The notes under the pieces: model-generated
What the model was told of the DNA's origin: nothing
What the model saw: only the letters and a program-made list of their open reading frames with translations
The model's database searches: none
Shown here: piece after piece, positions 25,341-38,324 of the stretch
How positions within the stretch are numbered: position 1 is the first letter of the stretch
How the letters are laid out: the number at the start of each line of letters is the position of its first letter
Made by a program: the position numbers and the translations under genes
Source of the DNA: Phallusia mammillata
Taxonomy: Eukaryota
Direction of reading: 5' to 3'
DNA length: 64,000 nucleotides
Assembly (NCBI GenBank): GCA_965637545.1
Contig: OZ281497.1
Span: forward strand, 14,880,001-14,944,000

Positions 25341-27029
25341 CTAGTTGCCAATGTAACTAACCATCACAAACTAGAGTTTCAAAACTATCCCAAATGACAG
25401 GTCTAAATGTCGGTGCGTGAGGATAAAGTTTTTGTAAAAAGGAAATATGTTGTCTGGTATAGTTAATACCTGATTTTAATCAACGAATCTTGTTTGTTAA
25501 ACCGAACTTGGCCACGACCTTTTCTGTTCGGCAACAATTTTCTAATCTTCTCTTACCACCCACAACAAAACAACAACCTCATACGCAGTTACATATAGAT
25601 TTGCACCCTTTGTTGAGTATTTGCGATAAAACGCTTTTGCGACATCGTCGAAGTATGACGCAAGCGCACAAAAGCGATCCAATAAATAAAAGGGAATAAA
25701 ATTAAAGTACACTCCAAAATAGATTTCTTCGGTGGGCGCTTAAACACATATAAGGACAGCAGAAACAATAATTATGAAATCACAATACAACGAAGTTAAG
25801 TTTCCTATACCCTAATGGCAAAACAAAGAAGTCAACAATTCGGCTTAGATTTGCAGCTGTAGCAAAAACATCGAGATTTAGCATTCAAACCACGTACATT
25901 TGTCAAGGGTAAATGGCTAATCAACCGTAATTTAGTCCATCAGTAAGACAAGAATACAAAAGTGCCTGTACATAACTGAATAAACAGACGGTGTTGATAA
26001 TTAAATATCGGAAGCAGAGTAAACTATTTTGGTTAGAGGTAAGTTCGTTTTTTTACTGTGAAGGTATATATATGTTGTCAAGCAGCTAAACGTACTTTTA
26101 GCTTTACAATTAAATTAGACTAATTTGTATCAGCAACAAGGCCAAGTCCGGTTGTGAGAGCCAAACGAAGACACAGTGAACAGCCTTGTACGTTGTGACA
26201 ATTGTCATTTTCTCGACTCTTTGTGCCCACCTTTAAACCAAATGTTGGGTTTTTAATATGTTCGAGTGTGACTTATTCAGATTGCATTGGTAGTGCGAGA
26301 AGAATACCAGGATGCTAAATAGAAAAGCAAGTGTTATCGTAAAAGATTGTTATTGTTCCGCTGTTTGTGTTTTTGTCAACCGACTGGTCGCTGCGTTTTG
26401 GCCCAAATGACCACGCGGTAAGCGCGTTTAAGCTTGCTATGAAGCTGCGCAGTGGGAGAATGGATTAAAACAAGAAGAAAAACATAAAACTGGCTGACAG
26501 AATCAAAAGAGTTAATTTAAAACGAAAAAATGAAATAATAAAGTATATGACGCCTCCATATATGGAGCCACCTCTTTGTGCATGCAAAATAAATAAAACT
26601 TCGTGGGTCCGTTAGTGGAGATAAGAAGAACATCAAGAAAAACAACGACGAAAAACAGATCGTTGAAACTTAACAAAACGGGCTTAAAACTCGCGTTTAG
26701 TGCGACCAAGCATGATGAGATCGCCGCATCATTTGTTTCAAGTTATCAGAAAACCATGATACGGCGGTGATTTTCCGATTGTAAGAGCAACACACTGTTG
26801 CGGTTTACACTAATGTGTACATGAAAGAAATCAAGTCGGTTCAATACTTATGAGCGGCACACGATCACTGCATTGCAAAGGGTTAGAAAGATAACCGGAT
26901 AGCGATCAGAAATTTCCTAAAACGTCTTTGCGCAGTCGCTGACGACATCCACGTCACGACCACGGGTTCAAAGCCAGTTGCGTCAATACCCTCTCGCCCG
27001 GGGCGCATGTTTATTGGCCAGACCGACAA

Positions 27030-30000
27030 TTACCGAATACGCGTGAACAAATTAAGCACAGATGTAGAGTCTTTGTTCGACGGCGTCTTCGAGAAAACGT
27101 TCCAGAACCGCAGGGTTTCGTCGCCAGCGCCCGTCACAATTGCTTCACCGTCGGGTGATGTGGCCTGTAAAGTCAATTCATTTTATGGCCTTGTAAAACA
27201 TGTAGACCTCACAGTAGGGTGTCCCAAGCCGAATGCATTTTACAATATGCTGCAGGTTGGTATTTGCGATGATTACATTTTATGTCCACAGCCTGTATAC
27301 TTTATTTTGACCCACAACCACACCAGGCCTATTCTCTAATAACATATCGTGCGGTGTGGCACTCAAGATTAGTGACATAATGTCCAACCACCAGTACAAA
27401 AAAAGTTTACTTAAAGACTTACAATTTACTTTAAAGGTTATAGAATGCAAGCTTGTTCACTCTTGAAACGACACAACTGTGTCAAGTTCATTATATTTTT
27501 TTGAAAAGGTTAGCAATATATACGCATTTCCTAAATATATGAAAGGGTGGATAGGACACTGTACTGTTGTCCAATCGGGTTCTACTGTATTGAAGCAACA
27601 ACGTTTTAAAGGGGGACAATTCACCCTATACCAGTTATTCTCACTCATTTAAAAGAGACACATATTGCATACATTACTAGCTTATCAATGATTTGCCGTG
27701 AACCACACGTTTTCAAAATTCGCTTACCAGGTAGAGAACACGGTAGGAGTGCCCGGTGAGCTTAGCAACTTGCGTGAGCGAAGGATATTTCCAGAGGAGG
27801 ATTTGGTTCTGGCTGTATCCGTGAGTCGACACCAACTCACTGGCGTGTTTTGACCAAGCAAGGTTACAAACTTGAGAGCCGGTGTCCACGCACTGGAGGG
27901 GTTGCTGGGTTAGAGTGTTCCAGAAACGAATGCATCTGTATTAATGTTAACAAATAAGTATTTTATGGCGGGATTAGCGTAAGGGCATAGAAACATTGCG
28001 ACCAGTAACATAAGATAGGAAAAAGCAAGCAATCTGGTAGAAGCCAAATTCACTTTTAATTTGCAATTTTGGGACTGGATAGTTTTAATGGGCGCTCTGT
28101 TTTTTTGGCTTTGGGCAAACAACACAAATACAAAAATTTAAGAGCTGTTCTTGTTTTTCAATATCGCACGGTTGTTTCCTTCGCTTAATAACAGTTTCGT
28201 TACAAGTTCACGGTATCTTAAAACTGGTAAACAAGGGGGGAAACTTCCCAAACGAAGGCATGACGAAAATTGATGCCATGCCCAATTGTTTCGCTTTAAT
28301 TAGTTCCCTATAGATTGCAAGGGAAGCAATCACGTGGGGGACAATGCAATTGGCGATGGGCGTGAGAAATTTGCGAAGTTGCAACTATAAACTTTTATGA
28401 TGGAGGGAACCCGCCAAAACAAACCGCCAATTATTTACCGTTTCTTGCCCCGTAATGCGCGGTCGATCAAAGTCGAGTGAAAACAGTGGCCTTTGAAGAG
28501 AGAAGATCATTTTAATTGTTCACAGATGGCGAAAACAAATTAGATCTGAAGTATTGGGGTCATAGGTCACAGCACAATGCTTTTGCGAAACAACTTTTCG
28601 AGGTTAATATCGCACAATAGTGAAATTTAACCTGGTACAATGTTGAAGTTTGGGTAAGATTCATATTTTTCAATTAGGCCAAAACGTTATCTCGCCCATC
28701 CTTCTACCTTCACTGAACGCGTAATGTAAAACTAAGCCTGTCGTCAAAAACAAAACCTCCAATATTGAACTTCATGTTGACAATGACAAAAACAGCAAAA
28801 CAGGACATGCGAAACCATGATGCATCAACCACCATGGTCTGAACACAGATAACCATAAAATTACCTGTCTGCTGTGCCACCACCTGATGCGAGCAAACCA
28901 TGTTGGTGGGGAGACCAGGCTATCGCTTTGACCGCAGCCAGATGATCGCTGTACGTTTGTGCGGCTTGTTGTTGAAAAACTGACGAAGTGCTAGCGTTCC
29001 ACACCAGCAGCTTGTTATCGTTGCCACCTGATGCCAAATGTTGACGATCGGGCGACCACTTTAAGCCACACACCTGCGACAAGGAAACACATCGTAAGGT
29101 TGGCACTATTTCTAAACTAAAAGGAAAAATCCACCATAAATTTCTTCTCTTATCATCTACACAACAAACAAATATACGGGGTGCAGAATCTGCCCCTTTA
29201 GAACAGCATCAATGTGTGAACACGAGAAATGTGACTTAAATCTTTAAACTCTATTAATAACACTGCATAACGCAACAAAAACAATACAAATGTTATGTGT
29301 AGGCAAGTGGGTGCACGTTAATATAAAAACACACAAGTGCACACTTCACTTAAGAGCAAGATCCTTCATGAGTTAAATCCCACGCAACCGATCAGACACG
29401 CATATAACTTGCAAATCGTGATTCGCGTTGACAATTGTGACGTAACAAAGTTGTTCATCAATCGGCAGTGGCCAAATATATCCATGCGTCATACTACGTA
29501 ATCAATTGGTGGTCGACAGAAGGGATCATGCTAATGTATTCTAACATTGTTCGAAATCAAATACGCTGGTCAAACCCTTATTGATATGTGACAGCAGGAA
29601 CTTTGACGAAAAGATGAGATTAGATCACGTTGTGGACCACGACGCCATAGCTCATAAAGTATGTTAGAAGTATTTTTTGTGCTTTTAAATAACTGCCCCT
29701 GCTGTATGACAAATAAACGCGTTTTTACCTTATAAGGAAAGTCTTTATCACTAGAAAAGGACCAAGGTATGGCTGACAAACAACTTATAATAATGTGAAG
29801 TTCATTTTTATACTTTTCCTCACACAGTCGCCCAGCGGTGCGGTGAGAAAGAAACATATGGCCCACCCTGGAAAAACCTGAACGTGAGAGGAACACAAAA
29901 CCAACCTCTTGTTTGTGTCCAGCAAGCTTCCTGTCAGCGGTGTTTCCAGCAACAGCGGAGTAGGAGCGAATATCACGCTGCAAGATCGTTCGATCTCGGC

Positions 30001-33000
30001 TCCCTGACGACAGCTGGTCACCATTCCACGCGAGGGCGCCAACACGAGCCGAATGACCTTCCAACTGGATGATCCTTTTGCCTGCTGAGGCATCCCACAC
30101 TTGAACGTAACCTTTATGAGTACCGACGGCAACCAGATTACCCTGAACAACAACAGTCTAATAAAATTTGCGGCAAAGAACAATAAAATTCAAAATATGC
30201 TAAGTCAGCATTTATGACAAAGTAGTTTTGTAAGCGCCCGCATGACTCACATATGACTCGGGTCGCCAAAGTAAGACTTACAGATGTACAAGTCATCACT
30301 TCGATTGAATGATTTATCATTTGAAAGTTACCCGAGCGCATTACAGCAAGGGACACTTGTCAAGCAAATCGCTGCAGCTTATTGACACAGATATCTGGGT
30401 CGACTTCACTGCTCACAGCAAAGTACCAACAACAGTAGCCTACATAACACATTGATGATATTTCAGCAGGCCCTTGTGCTACGTTCAAAAGACTCGCAAC
30501 TAATTTAGGTCACGAGTGAAAGGCCGGGCAATGCCATGTGTCGCAAGGCGTTACTCACCCGATCGCTCCAGTTCACCGAAGTGACGGTATCGCCCTCTGA
30601 GACCAAATCGCACAAACGTGTGACCTGGCTTGTACAGGCACTCCAGAGGTAGACGCACGCACCCAGTCCGACGCTGCAAAAAAGAAAATCGAAACCGGTG
30701 AGCTTTATGATCGATGGACACTAGCATGATTTCCCTCAAGGCTTGTCCGTGCGATTTTGTGAAATCACCGCAGATGCGCACAGATTTCCGCTACTAGTTC
30801 CACCCAAATGCCGCATGTTACTGTTATGGTTATTATTGCGAAGGGGGAGGCGAAACAGTATGGGGATTGTAATGCTCCGCCCGTGTCACCCGCTCATAAA
30901 TATGTCCCAGTGCATGACTGAATAGGCGGGTTGTGTACAATTTACAACACAACGCAATTAGTTTTCCCACGTTTGATAGTTTTTTATGGTGTGCACAATA
31001 TACAGCCATATTAGGTAAATACTTCAAGTTGAAAATATGCATTTTTACATTAGTCACATGTCAAATAAACTCAACTAGAAACTCTTATCCATAAATAATG
31101 CATGGCAACACATGTTTAAGTCAACAAACAAAGGAAGCATTTAAAATGCCCAACAAGTATAAACACTACATACCTTAGAACATTTGTTGACGACCAATCA
31201 ACTAGATTTAAATAAAAATCATCTTGAAGTTCAGGGGCATCTAATACTTTAAATGGAACTTTTGGAATTTTTCGCATAGGCTTTCGCGGTGATCGAAGAA
31301 GTTTTTGGCTGGAAATGCAAAGCGAAAATGTAATACACAGTCAAAAAAATAGTACAATCCAAGACATTTAACCCCGACTGTACATATGTTATTTATCACA
31401 TAATTCACCTTTTACAGCCAATAGGAGAAAGGGAATAAGGTGATGTTGATTCATTGCAATCTACCCTTTTGATTCTTAAAGAGTACTGTAAAATGCAAAA
31501 CAGTGGTATAAAGATTGTCATGTACATTTGACCTATATTATCACAAGTGATATTGTTGCAAAAAGACAATTGTTACGAAAACCATTACCCTAATTTTGAA
31601 GCTTATATTGATTTCCTGCCCATTAAATGAACAATACATGGATAATCAATAATACAACATGTAATGACTATTGGATTGAAAATAAATGCACATGGATTCA
31701 AATTAAGTTGCAAATCACAACACCATTGCCATTAGGAATGTTTAAACTGCTTAAAATAATAACAAACAAACTATAAGAGGTTTGAACAGCATGCATCATT
31801 AGTACATGTCATGACATTGTGGGTAGCAAATGTAAACATATGGTGCTGGTGCAATTAGACCTGCTGGGTTTCTGTTAGAAGGTAAAGAGTGTTGCACCAC
31901 ATGTAATTTGCTGTTGCAAGAACACAAAAGTGTCTAAAGGAATACACTTGCACACCAAAGCAGTCATCAAAATTTGAGTAAAGTTACTTTAAAGAGGTTT
32001 TTCTTCTCTGAGCATGGACTTCCAGTAACTCTTCTGTCTTCAGACTGACTGTCTTTGATTCTGTCAATTTCAGATCCAAGCAATTCATTTCTTAGTAAGC
32101 ACTGGTACATCAGACTGTCTGTAAATACAAATCAAAACATGATGTAAATATTATGTATACTTACGTCACAATGTGTGGAGTGGACAAACAAAATAAAATT
32201 TGTAAAATAAAGTATTTCTATAACTATAACAACCTATTTTTTGCTTCTTATTTTTTTGTTAAAATTTGGATTAACTACACACATTAACTATTTTTGCAGT
32301 TCTCCCTCAAAGTGTAGTTTGTTTGTGATAACATCAAACATATGTACCTTTTCCATTTTCATTTACATCTCTGTTTTTCCTATTTTGACTTGTGGAAGTT
32401 TGTTGAGTTTGTTGCTGTTGTTGGGATGATTGTTGTGGTGCTTGCTGTTGATTCTGTTGGTTTTGTTGATTGGTTTTGTTGTTTGATATTCGACCAAATC
32501 CCTTTTCAGAAATCATGTTGAAGTCAATGTGCCACCTAGCACCTGCTCGACTTGGTATAAACCGGTCTCCACACCTTTCTGGTTTTACTGGGGATAATGT
32601 GCTTGGTGAAGGAGGCAGTGACCTTGGCAAATGACGATTGGCAAATGGTGATGAAGATGGCTGCAATTCAACAGTAAAACTTGTGTTAAAAAGGAGTCTC
32701 TTCTTAAAGTACAGCTGCATAATGATATACACACTTATTTGGTCTAACACCCATGTTAAACATTTACAAACATATTTTCAGATGGGCCTATTTGAATAGG
32801 GAACTGAGGATGCCATTTCGACAAAATGTAGTTTTTCACCTAAAATAGACCGATTAAACAGTGATGTCATTATCTACTGGTCTTACTGTTTACAGATGAA
32901 CATATCTTTTGTAACAAAAAAAGATATTTTGCTTGTTATAATAGATGGACCTTTTACTGTCAATTAAACATAAATTTCCCTCTCACGTTTAAATGGTGTG

Positions 33001-33314
33001 TCTGTTAGGTTTTGTATCTTATCAATTAACATATCATCAATGTGGAAAAAGTATGAACCTATTTTATATATACAAGTCTTTTAACCTATAGATAAAGTAA
33101 CATATAATACTATATACACTGGTTTTATACTTTCGCACCAATCTATAAGTAAAACATTGAGAAAAGGAACCGTGAAAAGTAAGTTTTAAAAATTCCATAC
33201 ATGAAACATTTGTTGAAAATATCATATGGACAGATTACTTACAGACAAGATTGGTGATATTGGTGGTGGCCCATTTTGCTGTCTAAGCAATCTTTTTTCA
33301 AAATCCTGATCCAT
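27030..33314 (-). CDS. FZR1: Fizzy-related protein / Cdh1, APC/C co-activator (WD40), 543 aa
   Basis: Exons 33314-33243, 32660-32348, 32118-31988, 31485-31409, 31308-31174, 30673-30559, 30142-29906, 29073-28865, 27935-27728, 27164-27030 total 1632 nt, in frame. Features: [12 protein letters not shown] start, C-box [33 protein letters not shown]40 repeats, and C-terminal VLNLFTRIR* (IR tail). Confidence 0.98.
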
Positions 33315-34049
33315 AATGGTGAGTATTCCCTTAGTTCACTGGGAGTTATTTTCACACATAAGCAACAAAATTTCCAAATTTAATTTACTAGTCCAAATTA
33401 AATGTACTGTTTCAAACAACAAAAAACTGAATAAGCTTTTGAAAGTATTTCATTACAAAATATAACAATCTAGTTTGTTCCAACACTATGTCTTATTCTA
33501 TTAAAATAAGACAAGTCTGCCACACTCACGAGTCACGACCACATTAATATTCATCTCATAACCGTTAACCTCAGGTTACTGGGCAGAACTGTGTCACCTT
33601 GGTTTCCACTTGAGAAGTACCCGATAAAATTGACTTAGCAAAAACGAACAGATCCTAATGTCCACTGCCTTCGCATATTTTCCAATTATGCTGGTCTGAG
33701 ACTGAGAGTGAGACTCGGACAGATGGCAGCTCAACCTTTTATACGATTTTTGAACAGCTGACTGGTTTTAACAACTTCGAACTTATTTTCCACACCATTT
33801 ACGTTAGTGCGATGTCTGTGCCACTGAACTGGTAGAAGTCTACAACAATACCTTCAACTTCAAGTAGAAAAACAAAATGTCGCAGTACTAGAAGGCCGAC
33901 AATTTGTCAGACTCCATCAAATACGCAATGATGCGTTGCCGACGCGCCCAGTCAACTGTAACCCTTATCTCTTTGTATGACGTGCACAAAGAACAACACA
34001 ACCAAACTCGGTCGCTGATTGGTCGGTGAGCAGAACTTCCAAACAACAA

Positions 34050-34062
34050 GCTTCTTGGCAAC
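34050..34062 (+). promoter_or_regulatory. Candidate RFX X-box upstream of FAM183
   Basis: GCTTCTTGGCAAC has a perfect GGCAAC half-site and an imperfect left half. It lies about 425 bp upstream of the FAM183 ATG in the fzr/FAM183 divergent interval. Confidence 0.35.
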
Positions 34063-34485
34063 GGGGTTAGCGTGGGTTAGATTAGCTCAGCAATGCCTGT
34101 GCTAGCTGTAAAGTTGTTTAGGATTACTTCAGTGTCAGTGGCTGTTTTTATTTGAGTAATTTGTATGGTTTGCTACTTTCACTAGTGACTCATGTAGGTT
34201 AGGCCCGTAAACAGTGTGTTTCCGGGATTTAATGACGCCCTTAGGTAATTGTCGCTACTAATAGACTGTAAAGCAGTCATGAAAGTTTTAGACATATCTT
34301 GACTTCCGCTAGCACTTAGTCATAAATTTGCTCGTTTTAATTGATGTACTGTTTAATACATAGCACAGATAAATGTACACGTTTCTGGATGTTATTGTTT
34401 AGTCTGCTTAGCCTGCACTGTTTTCGTTATCCGTTTCACTGTACCTTTATCCAGATACGTTCATTGAACAAAGCCTTTAATAACC

Positions 34486-35092
34486 ATGGCCAAGCAAACT
34501 CGTGAGAAGGAACCAGTAAATATTGTTCATCAAAATGCAATTTTGTGCGAGACTATTAAGAAGGAAGTAAGAAATCAAAAGCTGTACACAAACTACAGCG
34601 TTAATCCGTTTAAGAAAAGTAAGCTCCGTTAAGTAGGCTTTAATGCAAAAGCAATACCCTTAATGTCCTTCTCTTTGCAGTGTACACATTAACCGGTAAA
34701 CCCAACTCTTACCACGACTCAGCAGACGGCGAAGAAGATGGCAAGTTTAAGTTTTATTGTAACCATGTCTTTGAACGTTCTCGTGGTGCGACCTATTCTG
34801 TATTTTTTAGAAAACTTCCTAAAAATCGTTCACAGAGCTTCGCAAGAACCCGTGCACAAGTATATTCAGCCGCAAACAGAGGCACAAGAATATGGTTGGA
34901 TGCACAGGCCACTGGTATGTAAATTTCTGCGCGCATTTAGTTGCAGTACTAATGGTAATCTTTTTGACGATTCATTAGGTGCAGCACAGCCGTGAAGACC
35001 GACGACTCAATTTTCCACGTCAAAATTCAGAGATAACCAAATACATGGACGCCGCATGGCGACTGAAAGAACAAACAGAAAACCTGCAGTAG
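34486..35092 (+). CDS. FAM183A: FAM183 / CFAP144 ciliary microtubule inner protein, 136 aa
   Basis: Exons 34486-34618, 34681-34740, 34811-34914, 34979-35092 (411 nt). Peptide: MAKQTREKEPVNIVHQNAILCETIKKEVRNQKLYTNYSVNPF...PQTEAQEYGWMHRPLVQHSREDRRLNF, matching the FAM183 pattern VHQN.IL.E...KE.R.QKLYT.Y.VNP and QTE.QE.GW. Intron 2 needs a GC donor. Confidence 0.9.
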
Positions 35093-35481
35093 CTTAATAA
35101 CACTCCGTATCCGAAGCACTTTTTTATATTTTCGTATGTTCGTACTCAACCACTGTCCCATAGCCATCCAACTGTATTACATGTTTAGAAATAGGAAATT
35201 CAGCTCTACCTGAACTGGTGACCAAATTTACGTTGGTTTTCACTACAAAACCTCGGCATATGCATTGTAACGTGATTTCATCCAATCCTTACAAACTGTT
35301 GTTGTAACACAATTATCGTGCAATACAACCAAGTCAGGTTTATTGGCATTGAAAGATTTCAAAGACTTCAAGAGCAGTAAGAATGCAGGCCAACATGTTT
35401 CGTCGCACCTCAACCAGCTGTTACTGGGCGAGCAGCAGTAGGCATGAAAATAGAGTTGAAAAACTAAGCGATGACCAGAGA

Positions 35482-38324
35482 TCATTTGTTTTTGTTTCGA
35501 TTTCGCATTTGAACCCTTCTGTTTTTTCCCGGGCGTTGGGTATTTTTCTGTTGACAAAATACTTGTGTTCATGGTGTGTTTTAATACACCACAAGGTTAT
35601 GAATTCAACTGTTACCTTGCTATGAACATGTTTCTTAAATCCTGAAACATCGTTTGCACTTTTGTTGTTGTTCCGTTTCATACCACGCTTTTTACCTCCG
35701 AAGCCATATTTCTTATTTTTGGATGCCCGCTTTGGATTTAGTTTCCTTGAACAGCAAGATATGTCAACATGAATGGGAGATCGCAGTCAATATATGTAAT
35801 GGAAAAGTTTAGTTCTTACTTTTGCTGTTGAAGCTTTTGTAACTGAGATAGTTTCTTCCCACCCTTTTGTTTGTCATCAGGTTCATCTAGGAAATCCAAG
35901 CTTTTTGTCTGACCTGAAATGTTTGCATTGTACACATTACACACAAAACCTTCACCATGAAATGCACACATTAAACAAAAACGAACCTTTACGATATTTC
36001 TTTACAGATTTAAGCAATTCTTTTTTCTTTTGATGCCTTTCAATAGTGACAGAATGTTGAACTTGTTTACCATACTTTCGCAATTTAAAGTTGGTCTTGT
36101 TCTTTTCTGCTGTTTCTCGCTGGCGTTGTAGAGCAAGCAGTTTTTCACGAACCTAACCAAATCAAATATCATTAAATTATATTTGTAACTTACATTTGTT
36201 TCTTTCAAACCTTTTTCATGTGATCATCTTTTTTGGCCATTTCAGCAAAATAGTCTTCAGGTCTTTTCGTTTTTACCCCATCACCATGTAGGCGCTTCAT
36301 TGCAAAAATAACTGCAGATTTGGCTTGTTCATAAAATGTGATCTCTCGCTGAAAGTCATTGTGTACATCTGTGTCACCATCCTCCACTTAATAAAAAACA
36401 TTTTTAGGTATGCCTTTAGAGACAAGTGCAGCCATGATTTAATTCATACACATATATTCAACATTTTCTCGAAACAAGAAGTAAATTAGGTTAGTCCACA
36501 TCAATTTACACAATTAAAAATGATGAATAAATTTCATTTTTTTAAATGCATTTGAACACAGCCTAACTGATACATAGGAATATCAATAAAACAAAGTGTT
36601 CAAGGCTTAGAAGAAACAAGCAACAAGACAAAACAGCTGGTGATTTATAACGCTTTGTTGTTCAGTATATATTTATTATCTGAATAGTCGATGACATATG
36701 TTATGGTGTTTTTTGCGACCTGAATGTTTGCCTAAAACTGCTGTATGTAGAGATAGTTAAAGGAGGAAAGATGACAAGTGTGCTGGTGGCAATGTGAGCG
36801 AAGGGCACTGTGAGTAAACAAATATTTTAATAGGGGTGACACAAAATGGGTAAGTTTTTTATTTGCTGGTTCATTTATATCCTAATGATGTGGAACATTT
36901 GTTATGCCAAAAAAAAATGTGTCATAATAATAATTCTTCAATGTTTGTTCTTTGTGGCTGCCAATATATTTAAACTTGGTTATTTGCTGGCATATGGTTA
37001 TGACCTTAATGCAGTGGTTCTCAAACTGTGAGTAGCTTTCTGCTATATATACTTAATTCAAGCCACTTCAAGAATTGCTTATCACTGACCGAAGTGATCA
37101 GCCCTGTTTTTTTTTTGCAGAACCAATGTCTACGACATTTTTTAGGAATTGCTAACATGCTGTCATCATAAATTAGCCACCGTGGTCAAGAAGAACTCTT
37201 CGTCTACCCATTTAAACAAGATTTCAGTGGCACAGAGTGATAGAAAAGGTTGCCAGGTGGTACGCAATCAGTATAAGTTTGAGAACCACTGCCTTGATGC
37301 AAGAATTTGATGTTGATAAGAGTATTGCAATAAACAGTACATAATATAATTCATTTTTTGACCCATATATTTTTGTTTAACTGTGTTTTCAATCTGTCAT
37401 TTTAAGTGGCACATGAACAAAAGTTTGCACACTGCTACACACTTTTTGAATTTATGTATAAATACCTTCATCAGCATTGTTCTCCTTGTTGTCGTGAGGT
37501 TGCACTGTAACATCTAACCTCTCTATCCACTCAAGATTAGTCTGTTTAATTTCTTCTAGCTTTTGTTTTAGTCCATCTAAGTTGTTGATAACAGGAGCGG
37601 GCGCTGTTATCGGACGAACTAGACCAGGCTTGAGAAGACCAGATGCATATGCAACTTGTAACTGCAAATAAAAGTAATAAAAAATCAATGCAAATAAGAA
37701 CCAAAATATCCAAACTGTTTCACAGCAAACCAGATAGCTTAGAAGCCTCAAATAAATAAGACATAACAGTTTAAACACTAGTTTATTGTAAATTTAAGCT
37801 TTAAGCAGTAAATTTAATTTGTAAAAGCAGTCTAATGATAACAAAATGTGATAATAAAATACATTTTAACTTTAATGATGAAAATAACGTTTTGGCAAAT
37901 GCTCAAGCCATCACTTATATTACGGCTGTTATTTTCATCATTACACTTACGAACAGATTCGTACATAGTGTTCCACAATTCAAATTGTAATACAATTTAT
38001 GCTATTTGGTGAACTAAACTTTTGAAGTCTTATTTTAGAATGTTTTTGGAAAGTAATGAATAAGTTGAATGACATAAAAACGTTTCCTAAAAATGTATTT
38101 GATTCCTCAAGAGTTAAGAGTATTTTATACCTTTGTGTTAGAAAAAGAAAAGACAAATCAATTTTTTATTTGCAATATTAGAAACACAAATCATTATTTG
38201 TTTGTACTGACAATCTACGTAAAACGTGTGCTACCTCTTTGTCAGAATCTCCATCACTTGCATCCTCATTTAACCTTGGCACATGAAACTCTTCGTCAGA
38301 AATATCACTCTCCATATCACTCAT
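35482..38324 (-). CDS. EBNA1BP2: rRNA-processing protein EBP2 (EBNA1-binding protein 2), 305 aa
   Basis: Exons 38324-38235, 37661-37466, 36386-36211, 36152-35987, 35913-35820, 35745-35616, 35547-35482 total 918 nt, in frame. Motifs: LQVAYASGLLKPGL, HNDFQREITFYEQA, TKRPEDYFAEMAKKDDHMKKVREKL, LRKYGKQVQ, KYGFGGKKRGMKRN, QRPGKNRR. Confidence 0.96.
37012..37291. mobile_element. hAT (Charlie-type) MITE, 280 bp, in an EBP2 intron
   Basis: Perfect 16-bp TIRs cagtggttctcaaact / agtttgagaaccactg, flanked by 8-bp direct repeats ccttaatg / ccttgatg (7 of 8 match). Confidence 0.92.
37873..37943. other. 71-bp hairpin with a perfect 16-bp stem in EBP2 intron 1
   Basis: taatgatgaaaataac (37873-37888) and gttattttcatcatta (37928-37943) are exact reverse complements separated by 39 nt. 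Confidence 0.8.
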
